A stretch of 28,989 bases of DNA from positions 1 through 28,989 of IMG/VR virus record IMGVR_UViG_3300033414_000006. One strand, given 5' to 3'. Every line of letters starts with the position of its first letter. The stretch's first letter is position 1. Position numbers and translations under genes: made by a program. The notes under the pieces are model-generated. The model was not told the origin of the DNA, did no database searches, and saw only the letters and a list, made by a program, of their open reading frames with translations. Shown one piece after another: positions 17,999-24,204 of the stretch. The stretch is from a virus. Taxonomy: Duplodnaviria; Caudoviricetes.

Positions 17999-19393
17999 TC
18001 AATATCCTGTTGACGGGTCTATGGGGGCGTAGGGCTGGACTGTGATTGATGGCGCTTTCTTCTTCGCCATCACGGGGCCAGCAATATGCAATCCGGCGTA
18101 CTGAAGTGCGTCATGAGGATGAGAGTAGCCGTTCTTCTCCGGTGAATCCGTGTATCTATCTTCGCCAGATACCTGCAATCTGCGGTATCTGTAGCCGCCG
18201 TTGAACCCCTTGCGCAGAGTTTTGCAGCTCGGAGACAGCAGAAATGCTGGCTCTCCATCCACCAGCCGAGTCAAAAACCCGGCCACGGCCTCGCGCCGGG
18301 CCGTGAATTCATTCGTCCACGCCGGTCGTGTCTTCAGGTCCGCCGCAGATAACTCGTCGTAGCAGGTTTTCTCATCCGTCTGCGCACGCTGATTGCCAGC
18401 CGGATCGGCCACGCTCTCTATTGACAGTCCTGGATAGACGTTCGCCAGAAATGGCTTTACGACCGCCGTGGAGAACTGCCTAATACCCATGTCTTCAGAT
18501 ACCAGCTCATCGAGTATTCGCCATTGGCCGCGCTTACTCACTTGGCTGATGATGCAGGCCGGAGTGAGTCCGAAATCCCACGACAGGATCAGTGGTAGGC
18601 CGCGATAGGCCACTAGCTCGTCTGGAGCAACGTGGATACGCTCGTTGAATTCGGGGTAAACGGGCCTGCCATCAATGACCGTCCCGTAATCGCCGTCAAC
18701 ATAAACCTTGATCCACTCCGGCGTTTTGCCAGGAGTCATGTTCTCGTAGTAGCCATTCGGCAAATTTGCTACGTTTTCGGCTTCGGAGCTGCGACCAGAG
18801 GGCTGACGGAAAAACTCGAATCCGTCCGGCTGCTCTTCCTCGGCCAGTTTGTACCACCAGTGATCATCGTCTGGCGGGTTGGTGTCCATGATGACGCCCC
18901 ACCATGTCGCTCCACCGTCGCGCATCGAGGGGAATCGACCGACACGGCCAGTGGCCGCATCAAGCACGGCCTTGGGAATCTCGCGAGCCTCGTTGATCCA
19001 GACCCCTGTTACCTCCAGAGATAGCAACTTTTTGATGTCATCGGGGCGGTCCAGCGCCAGAAACAGCACCTCCAGCTCAACGTCGTGAGCCAGTTTCAGG
19101 TGCTGAGTGATGGGAGAATCCCACTTTACCGTACCAAACCACTCAGGCTTGAACCAGTCCGTCCATGTTTTTATGGTCGTGGACTTCAGCTCCGGGTAGG
19201 TATTGCGGATTACAGCCCACCTAGTCCGCCGAATTCCATCCGGGCCAGGAGCCTGACGGAAGGCTCGCCCGGCTATCTCCATGCAACAGGTGACGCTCTT
19301 GCCACTACCGATAGGCCCCATGAGCCCTCGAACCAACACATTGGAGGAATGGAACCGAACCCCGGTGGGGCTGGCGGTGTAATTTATTTCCAT
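17999..19393 (-). CDS. terL: Terminase large subunit
   Basis: Walker A GPIGSGKS, Walker B VWINEARE, motif III DTNPP, and nuclease motifs WDFGLTPA and HPHDALQY. Confidence 0.95.
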   Translation of the reverse strand: MEINYTASPTGVRFHSSNVLVRGLMGPIGSGKSVTCCMEIAGRAFRQAPGPDGIRRTRWAVIRNTYPELKSTTIKTWTDWFKPEWFGTVKWDSPITQHLKLAHDVELEVLFLALDRPDDIKKLLSLEVTGVWINEAREIPKAVLDAATGRVGRFPSMRDGGATWWGVIMDTNPPDDDHWWYKLAEEEQPDGFEFFRQPSGRSSEAENVANLPNGYYENMTPGKTPEWIKVYVDGDYGTVIDGRPVYPEFNERIHVAPDELVAYRGLPLILSWDFGLTPACIISQVSKRGQWRILDELVSEDMGIRQFSTAVVKPFLANVYPGLSIESVADPAGNQRAQTDEKTCYDELSAADLKTRPAWTNEFTARREAVAGFLTRLVDGEPAFLLSPSCKTLRKGFNGGYRYRRLQVSGEDRYTDSPEKNGYSHPHDALQYAGLHIAGPVMAKKKAPSITVQPYAPIDPSTGY

Positions 19394-19394
19394 T

Positions 19395-19528
19395 GTGGGG
19401 AATGGTTGCCGAAACGAGGCCGGTTTTCAGCACAAAGTGGGAAATCGTCTTTATCCGCACCGTGAAGATTTGAGACAAAGTGGGGAATCATTCCTTCTTT
19501 CCGTCGAAATTCAGGACGAAAGTGGGAG
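19395..19528. repeat. Four GTGGG(G)A boxes phased at 42/43/42 bp
   Basis: GTGGG starts at 19395, 19437, 19480 and 19522; the best copies read CAAAGTGGGAAATC and CAAAGTGGGGAATC. Confidence 0.75.
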
Positions 19529-20021
19529 GCGTTGTCTTGATCTCCCCGGAATGCTTGACCTCCTGAACATCCCCGTACTTCTTCGGGGCCTCTTTGCTCG
19601 ACTGCCACTTGAACGCATCGTGCTTGAGTCTAGCGAACGCAACTGATTGAGGAGTAATGGTTTTTACTATCTTCCCATCAGGTCCGAGCAGCGGAACATC
19701 ATCAATAACCACTGGAACCATAGCAGTTTCGGCTAGGTCTTCCCAATGTTCATCAGATAAATACTCTCTGGATATTGCTCGCGCCCGTGTGTATTGGTCG
19801 TGGAAGGCGGCGTAATTCTCATCTGCGCCTTCTATCCCAGCCTTCAGCAGCCACTGGAAAACGGTAGCTTTGTCCGGCATATCATCATCAGCACAGACCT
19901 TGCGCAGTGATCCGCGCTCTACCAGTCTTGAACACAGAATGGCGGTGAGCTCTGGAGTGCACAGCGTTGGACGGCCCTTAGCCTTCTTCGGAGCCTCTGC
20001 CACTGTCGCCTTCTTAGCCAT
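19488..20021 (-). CDS. terS: Terminase small subunit
   Basis: GRPT..TPEL, SLRKVCADDDMPD..TV..W HTH, YTRAR and PKKYGD motifs; upstream of terL. ATG at 20021 preferred over GTG at 20027 on RBS spacing. Confidence 0.88.
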   Translation of the reverse strand: MAKKATVAEAPKKAKGRPTLCTPELTAILCSRLVERGSLRKVCADDDMPDKATVFQWLLKAGIEGADENYAAFHDQYTRARAISREYLSDEHWEDLAETAMVPVVIDDVPLLGPDGKIVKTITPQSVAFARLKHDAFKWQSSKEAPKKYGDVQEVKHSGEIKTTPPTFVLNFDGKKE

Positions 20022-20030
20022 TCTCACCTA

Positions 20031-20094
20031 AATTCCCATTAAGTGGGGAATTGCCTCCTGTTTTTGGTCTGTTTTGATGGTCTAGTGGGGAATT
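20031..20094. repeat. Two AGTGGGGAATTG boxes 42 bp apart plus an inverted half copy
   Basis: GTGGG starts at 20043 and 20085; AATTCCCATTAAGTGGGGAATT at 20031-20052 is quasi-palindromic. Confidence 0.75.
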
Positions 20095-20225
20095 GTTTAT
20101 ATCCGCCCGGTGGCAGAGTGTCATTCTGTGTTGCCCTGTCCCTATTTTCGGGTAGAGGTCAGTGCTTGTGGCACGCTTCTTCGCCATCTCGCCCTATATA
20201 GAGTGATTTATTTCTTTCCTTGGCC

Positions 20226-20254
20226 TTGACTTGTGACATGTCACGACATATCAT
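20226..20254 (+). promoter_or_regulatory. Sigma70 promoter with a palindromic operator in the spacer
   Basis: TTGACT (20226-31), 17-bp spacer, TATCAT (20249-54); perfect palindrome GTGACATGTCAC at 20233-20244. Confidence 0.8.
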
Positions 20255-20315
20255 TACCACATCAGCGGAACAAACCGCTGGCCCGACCCGGGATAGGGGA
20301 TAGAGGGAATCTAAA

Positions 20316-20645
20316 ATGAAAAAGCAAATCGCACTGCACACACAGCTGAATTCAGGTATCTACAAATCATGTGGTGGCGGTCAGGACGTAATCGTCAGCA
20401 GCTGGAATTGTGGCCCGGCGAATCTGCTCAAGGCACTGGATGCCCTGCATGAAGAGCGTCAGTCTAATGTGCGTGGATACGGCAATATCGGATGTGGCAA
20501 ATCATGGCTTGAAATTGATGGTGTTTTTTTCGACGCGACCGCGCTTAATGATGAAATCCAGTATGAACAATACGTCCGCGAAGACAAGAATTTCCACCGC
20601 GCTCCTCTCAGCAAGATTGAAATAGCCAAAAAGCACATTGGCTAA
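20316..20645 (+). CDS. Hypothetical protein, gene 1 of the opposite-strand operon
   Basis: GAGGG RBS downstream of the consensus promoter. Confidence 0.75.
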   Translation: MKKQIALHTQLNSGIYKSCGGGQDVIVSSWNCGPANLLKALDALHEERQSNVRGYGNIGCGKSWLEIDGVFFDATALNDEIQYEQYVREDKNFHRAPLSKIEIAKKHIG

Positions 20646-20694
20646 AGCCCCTCAGCCCGGCGACCACCGCCGGGCGATACCTTGGAGAGAAAAA

Positions 20695-20955
20695 ATGACT
20701 ATATCGCCACTTAAACGAGCAACCGGGGTCATCATCAGAACCCTGCGCAGCACAGGCCACGGCAGTGATTACTATGGCGTCTGTGATCGATGCGGAAAGC
20801 ACGTATCTGAGACATTCGTCAGCCAATCCAGGGCACAGTACAAGCGCTCAACCGGAGAATTCTATTACTCTCCAATTGGCGGCGGTGCGTATGGCCACCG
20901 GGAATGCCTAGAACGTGATTACGGCCCACATCAGGAGGCTGTGACTCATGGCTAA
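20695..20955 (+). CDS. Small putative Zn-binding protein (CDRC...HREC)
   Basis: GGAG RBS before the ATG at 20695 (track start 20638 is a TTG); preceded by hairpin GCCCGGCG/CGCCGGGC. Confidence 0.7.
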   Translation: MTISPLKRATGVIIRTLRSTGHGSDYYGVCDRCGKHVSETFVSQSRAQYKRSTGEFYYSPIGGGAYGHRECLERDYGPHQEAVTHG

Positions 20956-21097
20956 ATCCACCAACCAGCGCAAAACCGAGCAGCGCAAGCGGGACCGAGC
21001 CCTTGGCATCGTCGAGCGCATCATCATCGTGCATGAGGATGACGTGCAGAGGGTCCGCGCCTTCGCCGAATCCCTGATGAAACAAAGGGGTTTCTAA
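20948..21097 (+). CDS. 49-aa basic protein, possible ribbon-helix-helix-type DNA-binding regulator (MAKSTNQRKTEQRKRDRALGIVERIIIVHEDDVQRVRAFAESLMKQRGF)
   Basis: Not in the ORF track. GGAGG RBS, overlaps the previous stop; basic helix, alternating strand, then helix. Confidence 0.7.
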   Translation: MAKSTNQRKTEQRKRDRALGIVERIIIVHEDDVQRVRAFAESLMKQRGF

Positions 21098-21098
21098 C

Positions 21099-21127
21099 AA
21101 AAAAGGCCGGTCATTCCCGACCGGCCT
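21099..21127. terminator. Terminator hairpin between convergent units (U-tract on the minus strand)
   Basis: AAAAAA-GGCCGGTC-ATTCCC-GACCGGCC-T. Confidence 0.8.
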
Positions 21128-21216
21128 ATCTCAAACACAACTTTCACCACTACTGGAACAGTAGCAAAAGAATTTGGTTTTTGCAACTACCTGTAATTTC
21201 AGACCTTGCACGGTCC

Positions 21217-21235
21217 GCATATTCAGATGTTAGGC
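21217..21235 (+). other. attI-like simple site / first insertion point of the cassette array
   Basis: GCATATT-CAGAT-GTTAGGC: degenerate L box, 5-bp spacer, GTTRRRY core; no upstream attC arm. Confidence 0.45.
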
Positions 21236-21859
21236 AACAAAGTCCCGGCATTTGATCTTCGTAATTAGCCTGTGGCCACTTCTTGTTCGCAGTTCCGTCT
21301 TCGGCCTTGCCACAATACCCTCGGCCTCGAAGTCTCCCCATGTGGAGGGTATGCCACGCTTCGCCCATGCAATGGCATCGTGAAGTGTTCCTTCCCCGAT
21401 GATCGGCACCACGTCGATTCCAAATTTGGCGGCCACATCCTCAACGTCTGTGCGTTGCAGCCACCAGTCGCCCACCTTCACATCAAACAGAACAAAGTCT
21501 TGGTCTTGCCGGTAGTTGCCTCCTCCCTTCTGAATTTTTGCACCATAGCCCTCTCCGTAAAGGCAAGCGTCACAACCGAACACCTCCTGCATCTTCTCCG
21601 CCAGGGGCAAGAACCGCTCATTGAGCCGTGCCACAAGCTGCGCGGGAATCTGCGTGGAGTCAGTCTTGCCACCAAAGGTAATTGCGCCGCCCTGCAACAT
21701 CACACGGATGTTCGTGCCGTCCACCTTCTCTGTAAAAACCCAAGTGTTCCCGGCCAGAAATTCAAGCTCCGGCAACGTCCACTGGCCCTCCAAAAGTGTT
21801 TTTTCCTTACGTTCCATGTCGCGCTTAAACAGCGTTTGTATCTTGTGGTACTCGTTCAT
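21230..21859 (-). CDS. ATP-dependent RNA ligase family protein (Rnl2-like nucleotidyltransferase domain); cassette 1
   Basis: Motifs I EKVDGTN, III LYGEGYG, IIIa FVLFDV, IV EGIVAR and V KIK. Confidence 0.85.
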   Translation of the reverse strand: MNEYHKIQTLFKRDMERKEKTLLEGQWTLPELEFLAGNTWVFTEKVDGTNIRVMLQGGAITFGGKTDSTQIPAQLVARLNERFLPLAEKMQEVFGCDACLYGEGYGAKIQKGGGNYRQDQDFVLFDVKVGDWWLQRTDVEDVAAKFGIDVVPIIGEGTLHDAIAWAKRGIPSTWGDFEAEGIVARPKTELRTRSGHRLITKIKCRDFVA

Positions 21860-21884
21860 TGTCTTCTCCGTAGATAAAATTGTT

Positions 21885-21969
21885 GCCTAACCATGCGCCC
21901 AAGCCGACGCCTTCGTCGGCGGTTAAATTTCACACGCCAGTGCGGCGCGGCTTACCTTCACCGTTATGC
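21885..21969 (+). other. attC site 1 (85 bp)
   Basis: GCCTAAC-N8-CAAGCCGACGCC...GGCGCGGCTTA-N8-GTTATGC; the arms resemble the aadA-type attC top strand as recalled. Confidence 0.9.
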
Positions 21970-22281
21970 CTCATCATCAACTATGCGCACCCTATTTCGG
22001 CTTGAATGGCTAGCGACAAAATCCATCACCTGCTGCTCATTATCGAATGCAATTGTGACAGTGCATTCATCACGATCAAATGCGACATGCTGCAAAGAAT
22101 CAGCGCGCACATACCTAATGGAGTCGTCTTTTATCATGCCATATCCTGGAGTAGGGCAATCACACCAACTCCATTCATCGCCATCCCGCACGAGATATAT
22201 TTCTGCATGGTCTGGCATAACAAGGCCTCTAAACACGGACTGGCCGCCAGCGGCGCTGCTCTTATTCTGTTGTTCACTCAT
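21964..22281 (-). CDS. Hypothetical protein; cassette 2
   Basis: Start MSEQ lies in the attC2 loop after AGGGGA; the TAA stop lies in the core site. Confidence 0.7.
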   Translation of the reverse strand: MSEQQNKSSAAGGQSVFRGLVMPDHAEIYLVRDGDEWSWCDCPTPGYGMIKDDSIRYVRADSLQHVAFDRDECTVTIAFDNEQQVMDFVASHSSRNRVRIVDDEA

Positions 22282-22340
22282 CTTCATCGGTCCCCTGTTG
22301 GTTCGGTGTTGCGGCCATCCGGTTAGCGGCACCGTTAGAC
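22215..22340 (+). other. attC site 2 (126 bp)
   Basis: GCATAAC...TAAACACGGACTGGCCGC / GCGGCCATCCGGTTA...GTTAGAC; imperfect stem with bulged bases on the left arm. Confidence 0.85.
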
Positions 22341-22597
22341 ATTAGGTTTACAGACTCGACAATCATAGCCGCGTGCTCCGGCGATTTCGCCCAGCACACA
22401 TGCCTTCCGTGGTAGTCGCAAACTTGCACAACTTGGTATCGAACTAAGTCTGGATGCCAGTCACCAGTCGGGCGCAGCATGTCGGCAATTTCGTTGCCGA
22501 ACCCAATGTGCCAAGGAGTGCTCATGTCTAACAATGCCGGTAGAGCGGACTGGCCTTCAGCGGTGCTTGCTTCAATGCTTGGGGTTTCGTTTTTCAT
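22274..22597 (-). CDS. Hypothetical protein; cassette 3
   Basis: Starts in the attC3 loop (TAATG overlap) and ends in the attC2 loop. Confidence 0.7.
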   Translation of the reverse strand: MKNETPSIEASTAEGQSALPALLDMSTPWHIGFGNEIADMLRPTGDWHPDLVRYQVVQVCDYHGRHVCWAKSPEHAAMIVESVNLMSNGAANRMAATPNQQGTDEDE

Positions 22598-22657
22598 TAT
22601 TGGCTCTCTATGTTTTGTGGTTTCGGTTCGGCCAGTCGCTCACCGGCAACGTTATGC
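22526..22657 (+). other. attC site 3 (132 bp)
   Basis: GTCTAAC..TGCCGGT-A-GAGCG-G-ACTGGCC / GGCCAGT-CGCTC-ACCGGCA..GTTATGC; two extrahelical bases. Confidence 0.88.
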
Positions 22658-22872
22658 CTCTTGTTCCAGCGCTCAAGCAACAGATCGGTTACGTCATCCA
22701 TCAGCGGGTAAATTAATCCGCTGGCCGCTCCGCATGCGCTGCTCGTGCATTGCACGCACTGTGCTCCAATGCTCGGGGCGTCGGTCTCGCCTTCGAGCGT
22801 GATAATTTCCGCCTCTGCGCCGCAGAATGGGTACGGTTTGAGCCGGTCGCTGTCGTCTATCATGTGGTCCAT
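22597..22872 (-). CDS. Lar-family restriction alleviation protein; cassette 4
   Basis: LKPYPFCG...CTSSACG...WNKR matches the LKPCPFCG/CxxCG/WNRR family signature; GGAG RBS before the ATG at 22872. Confidence 0.8.
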   Translation of the reverse strand: MDHMIDDSDRLKPYPFCGAEAEIITLEGETDAPSIGAQCVQCTSSACGAASGLIYPLMDDVTDLLLERWNKRHNVAGERLAEPKPQNIESQ

Positions 22873-22895
22873 AGTTAATCTCCGTTGTTGTCGCC

Positions 22896-22909
22896 GAGGC
22901 ATAACCCCG
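22896..22909 (+). other. attC remnant (R'' only)
   Basis: GAGGCATAAC is the exact complement of GTTATGCCTC at 22651; no pairing arms follow. Confidence 0.6.
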
Positions 22910-23290
22910 TCAGCACGTTGGCGCCGGAACGCCGAAGTCATGTTCAAGCCACGGCTTCTTGCACTTTGGGCAAAGCTCTTCGCCGAGCGGAAATGTCCCC
23001 TCTTCCGGGTACTCGCTTAGGTACGCTACGTGCGCGTAGTGCGTGGCCTTGCCATTGTCGTCAAGCACACCAGCCACCGGGCATTCGATGATGGTCATTT
23101 CCGTTTCCATCTCGTCGGTGTAGTCATGCGGCGCGATTACCAGCCCTACGGCCTCGGCCAGGTCTTTGATCTCTTTCCCAGTCAGTGTCAGCATTTCGGT
23201 TTCCTCTCTCAAAATCCGCCCAACACGGCGGTCAACGGCAGACTGGCCGCCAGCGGTTTCGTTTTCGTTTTCGGTTTTTTGTTCACTCAT
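22910..23290 (-). CDS. Hypothetical acidic protein; cassette 5
   Basis: The N-terminus MSEQ...AGGQS..RRVGR is encoded by an attC left arm. Confidence 0.75.
   Translation of the reverse strand: MSEQKTENENETAGGQSAVDRRVGRILREETEMLTLTGKEIKDLAEAVGLVIAPHDYTDEMETEMTIIECPVAGVLDDNGKATHYAHVAYLSEYPEEGTFPLGEELCPKCKKPWLEHDFGVPAPTC
23218..23290 (+). other. Half attC (left arm and part of loop)
   Basis: GCCCAAC...GACTGGCCGCCAGCGG...TGTTCACTCAT is shared with attC2; the right arm is absent. Confidence 0.7.
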
Positions 23291-23535
23291 CCACTCAGTT
23301 TCCTGCCGTGCAGATCCAACATGACATTTTTAAGCGCCTCCACTGCTGCCACTCCCCTCTTTTTCTGCCTATTTGCCAGCTCTGCCCGGCGCTCTGCCAA
23401 TGGCATAGAGAGCAAATGCCTGGCCTCACACTCTATCAGCCACTCCGGGCAGCTGCTGCACACCGTAGAGCCGTCTCGCAACGTGACCATTGGTGTTGCC
23501 TCATCCTCGCAGCGCTGGCAGCCTAGGCAGCTCAT
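23287..23535 (-). CDS. Hypothetical Cys-rich phage protein
   Basis: ATGA overlaps at both ends; contains ECEARHLL and KRG motifs. Confidence 0.7.
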   Translation of the reverse strand: MSCLGCQRCEDEATPMVTLRDGSTVCSSCPEWLIECEARHLLSMPLAERRAELANRQKKRGVAAVEALKNVMLDLHGRKLSG

Positions 23536-23708
23536 GAGTTGAGCGCCGCAGCCAGTTTGTTGTAGTGATCAACCCGCACGAGCAGGACATTATCGCTAGC
23601 CACGGGACTAGCACCAAACGCATGTCTGACTGCCTCTTTCGTGAGATTAATTTTCTCCAGCAGCCGGGCATTTTCTTTTTCAAGTGCCTCGATTTTCTCG
23701 GAGTCCAT
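23532..23708 (-). CDS. 58-aa hypothetical protein (MDSEKIEALEKENARLL...AAALNS)
   Basis: Not in the ORF track. Fills the gap exactly, with TAATG and ATGA overlaps and a GAGGAG RBS. Confidence 0.7.
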   Translation of the reverse strand: MDSEKIEALEKENARLLEKINLTKEAVRHAFGASPVASDNVLLVRVDHYNKLAAALNS

Positions 23709-23926
23709 TATGCGCTCCTCTCGACGGTAGTAACGCTATACCCGCACTTGCTACACTTCAGGCATTCAACAAGTCTATCTGGCCCTCCCGCAGACATTGT
23801 GACGACCTCCTTTCCAGGAAAGTCGGGCGTCCCGGTATAGGTCTGATCAATCGCCTGTCCTGGGCTTAACTCAATTTTGCAATGTTTACAATGCGGAGCT
23901 GGGATGTTTGCAATCGATTCGCTCAT
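23708..23926 (-). CDS. Small zinc-ribbon protein
   Basis: CKHC...CSKCG motifs; coupled overlaps. Confidence 0.7.
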   Translation of the reverse strand: MSESIANIPAPHCKHCKIELSPGQAIDQTYTGTPDFPGKEVVTMSAGGPDRLVECLKCSKCGYSVTTVERSA

Positions 23927-24204
23927 CTCAATATCCCCCGCGAATCCATCATTTTGGCCTTCAGGAATCCAATGTTTTCCAGCTCCGCCATGGCCCTGTT
24001 TCTTCCCCGTATGTCATCAACAGTTTTCAATCTCACAGGCCTTTTCTTTCCGCCCCTAATCTCGTCCATCCGTTCCACCGCCCTATCCTCTACCGGCCAA
24101 ATAACTATCGGCCTCACACTAATTGACTCTGCCTGGGGCTGGGACGGAATTTTCATTTCCGCCGTCCTCGTACTCACGAACGCCTTAACATGAGCATCCA
24201 TCAT
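23923..24204 (-). CDS. Hypothetical protein
   Basis: ATGA overlaps on both sides. Confidence 0.6.
   Translation of the reverse strand: MMDAHVKAFVSTRTAEMKIPSQPQAESISVRPIVIWPVEDRAVERMDEIRGGKKRPVRLKTVDDIRGRNRAMAELENIGFLKAKMMDSRGILR

Larger units (their letters stand above)
21217..23290 (+). mobile_element. Integron-like gene cassette array (CALIN-like; no integrase in the window)
   Basis: Three full attC sites and two partial ones; each intact cassette is bounded by complementary GTT core and AAC inverse-core ends. Confidence 0.85.

Noticed and set aside
19395-19528. Mini-CRISPR array from the regularly spaced GTGGGGAA motifs
   Set aside because: The conserved part is only ~8-14 bp, the 42-bp period is too short for repeat plus spacer, and no cas genes are present.
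20316-21097. Integron integrase next to the array
   Set aside because: The ORFs are far too short and lack the R-H-R-H-Y tyrosine recombinase residues.
22899-22972. Complete attC ending at TTTGGGC or GTTGGCG
   Set aside because: There are no complementary L''/L' arms and the core is not GTTRRRY; recorded as a remnant only.
21272-23542. Plus-strand ORFs (e.g. 21272..21877, 21893..22345, 23030..23542) as the true cassette genes
   Set aside because: They have no recognisable motifs or RBS and some cross attC boundaries, whereas the minus-strand ORFs have family motifs, RBSs and coupled overlaps.
23501-23683. 60-aa ORF from the track
   Set aside because: The alternative frame 23532..23708 has an RBS and exact overlaps with both neighbours.
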